Below, piece after piece: positions 41,938-50,894 of a stretch of 55,747 bases of DNA; positions within the stretch are counted from its first letter, which is position 1; each line of letters opens with the position of its first letter. The DNA is taken from sequence record DRR723986_5079, one strand, 5' to 3'. The translations under genes were made by a program, and so were the position numbers. A model generated the notes under the pieces. It was given only the letters and a program-made list of their open reading frames with translations. It was not told the origin of the DNA and did no database searches.

Positions 41938-42190
41938 TTAAAAACCATGTGCTTCCAATGAAGCATCGATGCGGGCACGCCATTGCGGATCCTTGAAGGG
42001 AAAAGCCTCCAGAAACATTTGCCTGGTCGCGTCGGCACGTCGGGACCGCACATCTTTCGCCCAACGCTCGGCCCGTTCGGTTTGTCCGGCCAGGGTTGCA
42101 AATGAAACGACGATCATGCTGACAAGGTAGTCGGCTCCCGGTGTCAGCGCACTGCGTTCGGCCATTTCGCCTTCAGGAGGACGGCATTGC
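41938..42190 (-). pseudogene. 3' remnant of a winged-helix/TolB-like TPR transcriptional regulator
   Basis: ERSALTPGADYLVSMIVV...AERWAKDVRSRRADATRQMFLEAFPF...LEAHGF* resembles the C-terminus of such regulators; no room upstream for the rest of the gene. Confidence 0.5.
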
Positions 42191-42428
42191 AGCGCGCTCT
42201 CGGATACCACTGTCAGGGGCCGTCACAGCCTTCGCGTCGCCATTTGCAACCACCGTACACGAAGCAAAGACCTCGAGTTGCTTGTCAGGGAAATTTTGCG
42301 CGTTACAGACGCGATTGAAGCTGCCGCCTAACCGGGTAGGCCAACTTCATTATTTTTGAGAACAGCAAGTGACAAGGGCTGCAAACCAGCGATGATACGA
42401 AGGTTCCGATGCTTGGGGTGAAACCGAC

Positions 42429-43838
42429 ATGGATTTTTGGCGGCTGACAGTTGTTGAAGCAGTGGAGATGTTTCGAGGCCGCAGAATGTCCTGCCGAGAC
42501 TATGTCGAGGCGTTGATTGAAAGATCAGAACGGTTCGTTGACCTGAATGCCTTCACCCAGTTTGCCCCGGAAAATATCCGCAGCGCAGCGCGCAAGGCCG
42601 ATGAGCACCAGGCGAATGGTGGGTTTTTGGGGCCGCTGCATGGTATTCCCGTTGCCATCAAGGACTGCATCGACGTTGCCGGCATGGCGACGACTGCTGC
42701 AACGCCAAGCCTGAAAGATCACGTGGTCAACAGGACCGCATCGGTGGTCACGAAACTGGAAAAAGCCGGGGCACTGGTCTTCGGCAAGACCAACATGTAC
42801 GAGCTTGCCTTCGGCATCACCAGCAACAACGATCACACTGGGCCCGTTCGAAACCCGCACGATCCTTCTCGCTCAGCGGGGGGAAGCAGCAGTGGTTCTG
42901 CCGCTGCCGTGGCCGCGGGGCTGGTTCCGGCTGCTCTTGGCACGGACACGGCAGGCTCGGTGCGAATTCCGGCATCATTTTGCGGGGTTTTCGGCTTTCG
43001 CCCCACAAGTGGCCGCTACAAGACTGACGGTGTCATGCCCTTGTTTCCAACGCGCGATGTGCCTGGTTCATTTGCGCGGTCTGCAGAAGATCTGCTGCTT
43101 CTGGATGCCGTTTTGTGTGAGCAGAGTGAGCGGCCTGCCATCGACCTTCGAAGCCTGCGGCTTGGCCTTCCCGGAAAGTATTTCCTGTCCGGCCTGGAAA
43201 GCGGCGTCGCCCAGGCGTTTGAGGAAACCGTTGACCAGCTTGTCTCTTGGGGTGTCACGGTCGTTGAGGCAGAGATGCCGGAGGTTTCAAGCTGGCTTGG
43301 CGAAATGTCAGAGCCAATCCGTGCGTGGGAGCTGGAAAGAGCGCTGGAAGAGTACTTGTCGGTTTCTGGCGCTGCCGTCGATGTTCGGTCGCTCGTTGCC
43401 GGCATAGCCGGGCAATACGTTCGTGAGGAATTTGACGGGGCTTTGCGTGGTGCGGACGCCAAGGACCTGGCAGCACGATACGAGCATGTGATTTCCGTCT
43501 CTCTCCCCCGGTGTCGCAAGCAATACTGCGCGCATTTGGAGCAGTACAAACTTGACGCGATCATTTTTCCAACGACACCGATTGCGGCAACGGCACTGGG
43601 TGAAGAAGGGCGTGTCGTCGTTGACGGCAAGGAAGTGTCTGTATGGAAGACCATGCGCAACACGGTACCGGCGACATTCTTTGGCGCCCCTGGCGTGAGT
43701 TTGCCAATGGCACGGAGTATTCGCGGCGTACCCGCAGGCCTGGAAATCGATGGGCTACCGGGGGCAGATCGAAAGGTGCTGGCAATCGCGGCGGCGATTG
43801 AAGCAATGCAATCGAAGGAACACGGCATGCGTCGGTAG
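42429..43838 (+). CDS. Amidase signature family enzyme, indoleacetamide/mandelamide hydrolase-like
   Basis: PLHGIPVAIKD, GKTNMYELAFGITSNN, GGSSSGS, GTDTAGSVRIPA, RNT.P...G.PGVSLP, GLEIDG. Confidence 0.88.
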   Translation: MDFWRLTVVEAVEMFRGRRMSCRDYVEALIERSERFVDLNAFTQFAPENIRSAARKADEHQANGGFLGPLHGIPVAIKDCIDVAGMATTAATPSLKDHVVNRTASVVTKLEKAGALVFGKTNMYELAFGITSNNDHTGPVRNPHDPSRSAGGSSSGSAAAVAAGLVPAALGTDTAGSVRIPASFCGVFGFRPTSGRYKTDGVMPLFPTRDVPGSFARSAEDLLLLDAVLCEQSERPAIDLRSLRLGLPGKYFLSGLESGVAQAFEETVDQLVSWGVTVVEAEMPEVSSWLGEMSEPIRAWELERALEEYLSVSGAAVDVRSLVAGIAGQYVREEFDGALRGADAKDLAARYEHVISVSLPRCRKQYCAHLEQYKLDAIIFPTTPIAATALGEEGRVVVDGKEVSVWKTMRNTVPATFFGAPGVSLPMARSIRGVPAGLEIDGLPGADRKVLAIAAAIEAMQSKEHGMRR

Positions 43839-43853
43839 CAGTTGCCGGTTCCG

Positions 43854-43877
43854 AAAAGGGCGGCCCGAAGGCCGCCC
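43854..43877 (-). terminator. Rho-independent terminator for kdsB-pheA-kinase (possibly bidirectional)
   Basis: AAAA-GGGCGGCC-CGAA-GGCCGCCC. Confidence 0.78.
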
Positions 43878-43887
43878 CTGAAAAGGT

Positions 43888-44889
43888 TCAGATCTCGAAG
43901 CCGCTCTGGCCGGCGATGTTTTTCAAGGCCCGTTCCGGCCGGGCGCCGACGTGGCTGATGACGCTCGAGGCACACAGGCAGCCAAGCTCGGTGGCTTCCG
44001 CGAGCTTGTAGTCGCGGGCAAGGCCGAACAGGAAACCGGAGGCGAACAGGTCGCCGGCACCGGTCAGGTCAACCACGTTGTCGACAGTCTGCGCAGGAAC
44101 CTTGACGGTTTCCTCGCGGCTGATTGCCATCGCACCGTTCTCGCCGAGGGTCAGGGCGGTCAGGGCACCGGAGTCCCGGGCCGCATTTACCGCACTCTCC
44201 AGATCCGATGTTTCGTAAAGGGCCTTCAGCTCGTGCTCGTTGGCGAACATCAGGTCGACGACACCATCGGTCAGAAGGGCTTGAAATTCGCTGCGGTAGC
44301 GGTCGACACAGAACGAGTCGGACAGGGTGATCGCCACCTGACGCCCGTTTGCATGCGCGATTTCCGCAGCTTTCAGGAACGCCTTCTTGGCGTCTGTCGG
44401 GTCCCACAGATAGCCTTCCATGTAGGTGACGGCTGCGGCGGCAACGACTTCCTCGTCAACATCGGCGATGCCGAATTCGGTGCATGCACCCAGATAGGTG
44501 TTCATCGTGCGTTCGCCGTCCGGCGTGATCAGGATCATCGACCGGGCGGTCGGCTTGCCTTCCTTGAGGCGGGGCGTGTTGAAATAGACGCCGGTGCCGT
44601 TCATGTCGTGATAATAGCTATCGCCCAGTTCGTCCTCGGCAACCTTGCCGAAATAGGCAGGGCGTCCGCCGAGCGAGGCAATGCCAGCCGCCGTGTTGCC
44701 GGCGCTGCCGCCGGAAATGCGGACGGTCTGTCCCATCTTGTCGAACAGGCGTACTGCCTCGTCGGTGTCGATCAGGCGCATGGAGCCTTTGACGAGGTTT
44801 TCCTGAAGCAGGAAATCCTCTTCGACATGGGCGAAGACGTCGCAAATGGCATTGCCGATGCACAGGGCATCAAATCTTGTTTCAGTCAT
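43888..44889 (-). CDS. PfkB family carbohydrate/adenosine kinase
   Basis: IGNAICD, SGGSAGNT, GERTMNTYLGA, EGYLWD, FANEHE, DLTGAGDLFASG. Confidence 0.92.
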   Translation of the reverse strand: MTETRFDALCIGNAICDVFAHVEEDFLLQENLVKGSMRLIDTDEAVRLFDKMGQTVRISGGSAGNTAAGIASLGGRPAYFGKVAEDELGDSYYHDMNGTGVYFNTPRLKEGKPTARSMILITPDGERTMNTYLGACTEFGIADVDEEVVAAAAVTYMEGYLWDPTDAKKAFLKAAEIAHANGRQVAITLSDSFCVDRYRSEFQALLTDGVVDLMFANEHELKALYETSDLESAVNAARDSGALTALTLGENGAMAISREETVKVPAQTVDNVVDLTGAGDLFASGFLFGLARDYKLAEATELGCLCASSVISHVGARPERALKNIAGQSGFEI

Positions 44890-44921
44890 AGAGTTCCTCT
44901 GGTGGTGTCGGGTAGCCGCCG

Positions 44922-45812
44922 TTACGAGTAGGGATTGGGCCGGAGAGCACGGTTGGATTCCGGCTCCCTGATCTTGTCCCTGAACGGGCTTGCCCGGTAG
45001 ACGCCGAGCATGTTCAGCTCGGCACAGAAGAAGGCCAGCTCCTCGAGCGCCAGGGCCACCTTCGGATCTTCCGGATGGCCTTCGACGTCCGCATAGAACA
45101 TCGACGCGAAAAACTGCCCTTCAAGCTGATAGGATTCCAGCTTGGTCATGTTGACCCCGTTGGTGGCAAATCCTCCCAGGGCCTTGTAGAGCGCTGCCGG
45201 GACGTTGCGAACCCGGAAGATGAAGGTCGTGATGACCGGCTGGCCGTTGTGCGCGGCCTCCATCTTGTCGCGCGAGAGGATGACGAAGCGGGTCGTGTTG
45301 TGCGCCTCATCCTCCACATCCCGGCGCAGAATGTCCAGACCGTAGATTTCGGCGGCCATTTCCGGCGCAAGAGCGCCGACGCTCGGATCACCCAGCTCGG
45401 CGATCTGCCGGGCGGAGCCCGCGGTATCGCCGCCGACGACGGCCGTCAGGCCGAGCTCACGGATAACGTTCCGGCACTGGCCAAGGGCATGCACATGGCT
45501 TTGCACCTTTTTCAGGTCTTCGATCTTTGCACCCTTGACCGCCATGAGCTGAAACCGGATCGGCATGAAATATTCGCCGATGATGTGCAGGTCCGATTTG
45601 GGCAGCAGATGATGAATGTCCGCGACGCGGCCGGCAACGGAGTTCTCGATCGGGATCATGGCTAGGTCTGCCGACCCGTCGGCCATGGCCGAAAAGCAGT
45701 CCTCGAAGGTGGCGCAGGGGATGGCTTCGTAATCGGGATAAACGCTCCGGCAGGCCATGTGCGAGTTGGCACCGGTTTCTCCCTGGAACACGATTCTTTT
45801 TCTGTCGGTCAT
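44922..45812 (-). CDS. pheA: Prephenate dehydratase
   Basis: FQGETGANSH, PIENSVAGRV, SHVHALGQC, NTTRF, ACT domain with NMTKLES. Confidence 0.95.
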   Translation of the reverse strand: MTDRKRIVFQGETGANSHMACRSVYPDYEAIPCATFEDCFSAMADGSADLAMIPIENSVAGRVADIHHLLPKSDLHIIGEYFMPIRFQLMAVKGAKIEDLKKVQSHVHALGQCRNVIRELGLTAVVGGDTAGSARQIAELGDPSVGALAPEMAAEIYGLDILRRDVEDEAHNTTRFVILSRDKMEAAHNGQPVITTFIFRVRNVPAALYKALGGFATNGVNMTKLESYQLEGQFFASMFYADVEGHPEDPKVALALEELAFFCAELNMLGVYRASPFRDKIREPESNRALRPNPYS

Positions 45813-45841
45813 ATGTTTTTCCGCCTTTCGGCAGTCTTTCG

Positions 45842-46576
45842 TCAGTTTGTCTGATAGGCCGCCCGGGCTCGTTCCAGATCTTCGGGCGTGTTCACGTCCA
45901 TCGGCGCGCTGTCGATGACGGAGGCATCAATCCGCATGCCCGCTTCCAGGGCCCGCAACTGCTCCAGCTTTTCACGCTGTTCCAGCGGCGAAGGCGGCAG
46001 CTGGACGAATTTCGCCAGGGCTGCCCTGCGGTAGGCATAGATGCCGATGTGGTGGTAGTACGGGCCGTCACCGTGCGGGGCGACGGCCCTGGTAAAGTAG
46101 AGCGCGCGATGATGGCCGTGGCCGTTGGGCGTGGTGACTGCCTTGACGAAATTCGGATCGTCCCGGAAGGCGGTATTGGTGAACTCGGTCATGATGGTAC
46201 CCAGGTCGACATCGGCAATGGCGAGCGGTGCAAAGGCCGCCCGGATGGCTTCCGGTGCGATCAGCGGCACATCACCCTGCACGTTCAGGATGACATCGTG
46301 CTTTCCGTCCGGATCGATCAGTCCCGCTGCCTCGTGAATGCGATCGGATCCGGAAGCGTGGTCGGCACGCGTCATGACTGCCTTGCCGCCGTGGTCCTGC
46401 ACCGCTTCGAAAATGTCCTTGTCATCACAGGCAACGGCCACCGGGCCGATATCCGCGTTGCGGGCCTGTTCCAGAACACGCACGATCATGGGTTTTCCGC
46501 AGATGTCGGCAAGCGGTTTGCGCGGCAGTCGGGTGGCAGCGAGGCGGGCCGGGATAATCACAAGAGCAGCGGTCAA
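45842..46576 (-). CDS. kdsB: 3-deoxy-manno-octulosonate cytidylyltransferase
   Basis: IPARLAATRLPRKPLADI, SGSDRI, NVQGD, HIGIYAY, EKLEQLRAL; TTG start after GGAG. Confidence 0.96.
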   Translation of the reverse strand: MTAALVIIPARLAATRLPRKPLADICGKPMIVRVLEQARNADIGPVAVACDDKDIFEAVQDHGGKAVMTRADHASGSDRIHEAAGLIDPDGKHDVILNVQGDVPLIAPEAIRAAFAPLAIADVDLGTIMTEFTNTAFRDDPNFVKAVTTPNGHGHHRALYFTRAVAPHGDGPYYHHIGIYAYRRAALAKFVQLPPSPLEQREKLEQLRALEAGMRIDASVIDSAPMDVNTPEDLERARAAYQTN

Positions 46577-46773
46577 TCAGGTCTCCATGGAGCCGGACGG
46601 GCGGAAGAAATGCAAAAAAACACGTGCCGCGTCCGTTTGTCGTATCAGATGCCCTTTTAAAGCTATGGACAGCAAGGTCAAAAAATTTGTAGGTTCCGGC
46701 AAAATTCGAAAAGCTGATAGGGGTCGCAGCGACGCTGCGGGCCCGGACGCGTATGAGCTTGGAGCCGGAGAGA

Positions 46774-47325
46774 ATGGATTCCTTCACGCTGAACAAGGCC
46801 GCTGGTGCGGTACTGATGGTTCTGATTCTGACTATGGGTGTCGGCATTGTCTCCGACATCATCTTCCATCCGACGATCCCGGGTAAACCGGGTTATGAAA
46901 TCGTCGTGGCGTCTGCAGAGGATAGCACCTCGGAAGTCGGCGCGGTTCCGGAAGTGGTGCCGATCTCCGAGCGTCTGGTCGAAGCATCTGCTGAAGACGG
47001 CGCGAAGGTGGCCAAGAAATGCGCCGCCTGCCACGACTTCACGCAGGGCGGTGCCAACAAGGTTGGCCCGGGTCTTTGGGATGTCGTCGGCCGCAAGCCT
47101 GGTTCTCACGAAGGTTTCGGCTATTCTTCTGCAATGACCGCATTCGGTGAAGAAAATCCGGAGTGGACCTACGAAGAGCTGGATCACTTCCTGGAGTCCC
47201 CGAAGAACTTCATCTCCGGCACCACGATGGGTTTTGCCGGTCTGCGTAAACCGGAAGACCGGGCAGACCTGATTGCCTACCTTCGTGAACAGGCCGATTC
47301 GCCTGCACCGCTGCCGACCGAGTAA
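46774..47325 (+). CDS. cycM: Membrane-anchored cytochrome c
   Basis: N-terminal TM, CAACH heme motif, NKVGP.L, GTTMGFAGL; divergent from kdsB as is usual in Hyphomicrobiales. Confidence 0.88.
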   Translation: MDSFTLNKAAGAVLMVLILTMGVGIVSDIIFHPTIPGKPGYEIVVASAEDSTSEVGAVPEVVPISERLVEASAEDGAKVAKKCAACHDFTQGGANKVGPGLWDVVGRKPGSHEGFGYSSAMTAFGEENPEWTYEELDHFLESPKNFISGTTMGFAGLRKPEDRADLIAYLREQADSPAPLPTE

Positions 47326-47364
47326 AATCTCGTCGACATCGCAGACGTGACTTGAATTGTAGAG

Positions 47365-47395
47365 AAGCCGGGTTAGCTACCCGGCTTTTTTATTT
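47365..47395 (+). terminator. Rho-independent terminator after cycM
   Basis: AAGCCGGGT-TAGCT-ACCCGGCTT followed by TTTTATTT. Confidence 0.88.
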
Positions 47396-47470
47396 GATTT
47401 ATAAGAAAAATTAACAAATCTTACGTTACGTAGTTCTGTTGAAAGTGGGCTAAGGTCGGGCAAGGACCCT

Positions 47471-48904
47471 ATGGGCATCAACTTGACGAGGAATGTATTT
47501 TCTAAGTCGAATGGAACGTGGATCGCTTCCATCGTTGCTGCCGTCTGTTTTCTCGCTGGTATCGCCGTCACTGCGCACGTCGGTCAACTGGTCCGCAACG
47601 AACTTGTTTCCCAGCACAAACGTCAGGCCGTCGCCTCGCTTTCCGAAGCGCGGGCGCGCCTTGAAGGCGAAATCAACCGGACAGTGGCCCACGGTCTCGG
47701 GATCCGGGCCTATGTGTCCCAGTTCGTCGAACAGCCATTCGATATGGAAGACTACCGGGAAATCGCGGTCGAACTGATCGAGGAAAATCCGTCCATCCGC
47801 TCTATCGGCCTGGCACCCAACAACATTCTTCGCGCGGTGTTTCCGCTGGAGCCAAACCAGGCGGCGCTCGGTCTGAACTACCGCATGAACACGGCGCAGT
47901 GGCCCGCAATCCAGCAGGCCATGGTGACGCGTGAAGTCGTTATTGCAGGCCCACTGGAACTTGTGCAGGGGGGCAGGGCCCTCCTGATCCGAATTCCCAT
48001 CTTTCCAGCCAGCTTCCTTGGGCAACCGCTGAAGGAGCGCAGTTACTGGGGTGTCGCCACCCTGGTGCTGGACGAAGAGGGCATGATGAAGACTGCCGGC
48101 ATCACGGATGTCATCAACGGCATCCGTATCGGCCTTGTGAACCGGAGCGCGGTTGCCTCCAACAACATGATTTTCGGCAGCCAGTCTCTCCTTGAAAAGG
48201 ACCATGTGTCCCTGCCTCTGCATCTTCCCGGCGGTCTGAACTGGGAGCTTGTCGGCCTTCCGGAGGCCGGCTGGTCGAGCACGGGCAACCAGGTCTGGAT
48301 CACGCAACTCGTCGGCAGTCTGATCTCGCTCGTCTTTGGTGCCATGGCGTTTCTGTTGATCAGCGAGGTCTACAAGGTTCGCTCCATGGCGCTGCATGAC
48401 CCGCTGACAGGACTGGCGAACCGGCGCCTGCTGGAAGACCGCATGCACCAGCTTGCCGCCATGTGCGAGCGCAGTGGCGCGGGCTTCGAGATTTTTTACG
48501 TCGATCTGGATGCCTTCAAGCCGGTCAACGACAACTATGGTCACGCAGTTGGCGATCAGCTTCTGATCGAGGTCGGGCAGCGGCTGCAGAACCAGATCCG
48601 GCAGACGGATACCGTCGCCAGGGTCGGTGGCGACGAGTTCATCGTGTTGACGCCAGGCAACATGCGGCGCCAGGAGAAGGACACCTTTCTCAATCGACTT
48701 GGTGAGCGTGTGACCGAGGCTTTCGAGTATTCGGGTGCCCGTATCGACGTGAAGGCCAGTATTGGTTCTGCAAGCTATCCCGGCGATGCCGCTACGGTGG
48801 AAGATTTACTTAGGGTTGCTGACGGTAGAATGTACGCGCAAAAGGCAAAGTCCAAGAGAAATTCACAGGATATTCCCGGAAACGGCCTCCCCCAGACAGG
48901 TTAA
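47471..48904 (+). CDS. CHASE-domain diguanylate cyclase
   Basis: TM-CHASE(GPLELVQGG)-TM; HDPLTGLANR, DLDAFKPVND.YGH..GD, RQTD I-site + GGDEF. Confidence 0.92.
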   Translation: MGINLTRNVFSKSNGTWIASIVAAVCFLAGIAVTAHVGQLVRNELVSQHKRQAVASLSEARARLEGEINRTVAHGLGIRAYVSQFVEQPFDMEDYREIAVELIEENPSIRSIGLAPNNILRAVFPLEPNQAALGLNYRMNTAQWPAIQQAMVTREVVIAGPLELVQGGRALLIRIPIFPASFLGQPLKERSYWGVATLVLDEEGMMKTAGITDVINGIRIGLVNRSAVASNNMIFGSQSLLEKDHVSLPLHLPGGLNWELVGLPEAGWSSTGNQVWITQLVGSLISLVFGAMAFLLISEVYKVRSMALHDPLTGLANRRLLEDRMHQLAAMCERSGAGFEIFYVDLDAFKPVNDNYGHAVGDQLLIEVGQRLQNQIRQTDTVARVGGDEFIVLTPGNMRRQEKDTFLNRLGERVTEAFEYSGARIDVKASIGSASYPGDAATVEDLLRVADGRMYAQKAKSKRNSQDIPGNGLPQTG

Positions 48905-49013
48905 ATTTCTGTCATCTCGACAGCCAGCAGGTGACGCAGGGCCAACAGGTCCCTACACTGATTCTCTAAACCCGTGATTTGGGTTCAGGAACCGGAAGGG
49001 GACGGAGAAGCCG

Positions 49014-50894
49014 ATGGTGTTCAAATGGCATGTAGGGAAGCGGGCCGCAGCTGGGCTTGCACTGGCAAGTGTGGTGGTGATGTCGGGGATAGGATCCGTG
49101 CCGGCTTTCGCGGCTGAACCGGAATGGCATCATGCGGCCGCCCTCAACGGAACACCCAAATACGGCGCCGATGCCAAGCATTTCGATTACGTCAATCCCG
49201 ATGCCCCCAAAGGCGGCACGGTTCGGCTAGCCGCCAGCGGCGGTTTCGATACGTTCAACATTCTGGCGCAGAAGGGCAATATCGCCCCTGGCATCCTGAA
49301 TATCTACGAAAGCCTGATGGAGCCCTCTCTGGACGAAGAGGACATCAGTGCCCAATACGGTGTCTTGGCCGAAGCGGTCCGCTTTCCCGACGACTATTCC
49401 TGGGTCGAATATAGGCTCAATCCGGATGCAAGGTGGCATGACGGCGAGCCGGTAACCGCCGACGATGTCATCTGGTCGTTCGAAAAGTCCATCGAGCTGG
49501 ACCCGCAGCGCAAGTACTACTTCCAGAATGTCCAGAAGTCCGAGATTGTCGGCGATGGCACCGTGCGTTTCACCTTTGATGTCAGCGGAAACCGCGAGCT
49601 TCCCAAGATCATGGGCCAGCTGACTGTCCTGCCCAGACACTGGTGGGAAGGCACGAACAGCAAGGGAGAACAGCGTGACATCTCCCGCACCACTCTGGAG
49701 CCGCCACTCGGTTCCGGTGCCTACAAGATGAAAGAGTTCTCGCCCAACCGTCAGGTGATCTACGAGCGCGTGCCGGACTATTGGGGAAAGGACCTGCCGA
49801 TCCGCGTCGGAACCGATAATTTCGAAGAGATCCGTTACATCTCCTTCCTCGATGATTCCGTGCAATTCGAAGCCTTCAAGGGTGACCAGTACGACTTCCA
49901 TACCGAGCGCAGCTCGAGCCAGTGGGCCAAGCGCTACGACTTCCCAGCCATCAAGGATGGCCGGGTGGTGAAGGAAATCTTCCCGGACAAGTCCAGGGGC
50001 GTCATGCAGGGGTTCTTCTTGAACCAGCGCCGTGAAAAATTCCAGAACCCTGATGTCCGTCAGGCATTGAACTATGCCTACGATTTCGAAACCACCAACG
50101 AGATCGTTTCCGCCAATCTTCTCAAAAGGGTCAATTCCTATTTCGCCGGCACGGAGCTGGCATCCAGCGGTCTGCCGCAGGGCAAGGAGTTGGAGATCCT
50201 GGAGGAAGTGCGGGACATGGTGCCGCCCGAAGTCTTCACGGAAGAATTCAAGAACCCGGTTGGCGGCAATCCGCAGAACGTGCGCGCGAACCTGCGTGAA
50301 GCCGTCAAGTTGCTGCGCAAGGCCGGCTATGAGCTGAAAGACCGCAAGATGGTCGATCCGAAAACCGGCGAACAGCTCAGCATCGAATTCCTCTACCGTG
50401 ACAAGGCCAGCGAACGCACCCTTCTGCCGTATTCGCAGAACCTGGAAGCCATCGGCATCAAGCCGATCCTGCGTCTGGTCGATACCTCGCAGTTCGTCAA
50501 TCGTGTCCGCAGCCGTGATTTCGACACCGTGGTTCTGGCGATCGGTCAGTCCCTGTCGCCCGGAAACGAGCAGCGGGAGTACTGGGGGTCTGAATCTGCT
50601 GATAACGAAAGTTCGGCCAACTATGCCGGCATCAAGAACCCCGCGATCGACAAGCTGATCGATAAGGTCATCTTTGCCGAAGACCGGGAAACGCTGGTGG
50701 CTGCCACCCGCGCGCTCGACCGCGTGTTGCTGTGGAACCATTATGTGGTGCCGCAGTTCTATTCCGACGAAACTCGCACGGCACGCTGGAACCGCTTCGG
50801 CCATCCGCAACAGATGCCGGAATACAGCACCGGTTTCCCGACCATCTGGTGGTACGACGAGGCCCTGGCCGCCAAGACGGGAGCCGCGCGATGA
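49014..50894 (+). CDS. yejA: Peptide ABC transporter substrate-binding protein (YejA-like), copy 1
   Basis: HFDYVNPDAPKGG, DYWGKDLP, VRQAL, TRALDRVL, WW. Confidence 0.88.
   Translation: MVFKWHVGKRAAAGLALASVVVMSGIGSVPAFAAEPEWHHAAALNGTPKYGADAKHFDYVNPDAPKGGTVRLAASGGFDTFNILAQKGNIAPGILNIYESLMEPSLDEEDISAQYGVLAEAVRFPDDYSWVEYRLNPDARWHDGEPVTADDVIWSFEKSIELDPQRKYYFQNVQKSEIVGDGTVRFTFDVSGNRELPKIMGQLTVLPRHWWEGTNSKGEQRDISRTTLEPPLGSGAYKMKEFSPNRQVIYERVPDYWGKDLPIRVGTDNFEEIRYISFLDDSVQFEAFKGDQYDFHTERSSSQWAKRYDFPAIKDGRVVKEIFPDKSRGVMQGFFLNQRREKFQNPDVRQALNYAYDFETTNEIVSANLLKRVNSYFAGTELASSGLPQGKELEILEEVRDMVPPEVFTEEFKNPVGGNPQNVRANLREAVKLLRKAGYELKDRKMVDPKTGEQLSIEFLYRDKASERTLLPYSQNLEAIGIKPILRLVDTSQFVNRVRSRDFDTVVLAIGQSLSPGNEQREYWGSESADNESSANYAGIKNPAIDKLIDKVIFAEDRETLVAATRALDRVLLWNHYVVPQFYSDETRTARWNRFGHPQQMPEYSTGFPTIWWYDEALAAKTGAAR

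Noticed and set aside
43016-43975. 319-aa minus-strand ORF
   Set aside because: Antisense to the amidase, crosses a terminator and has no recognisable motifs
47411-47424. TTAA-N6-TTAC upstream of the CHASE-GGDEF gene
   Set aside because: Wrong spacing for a CtrA box
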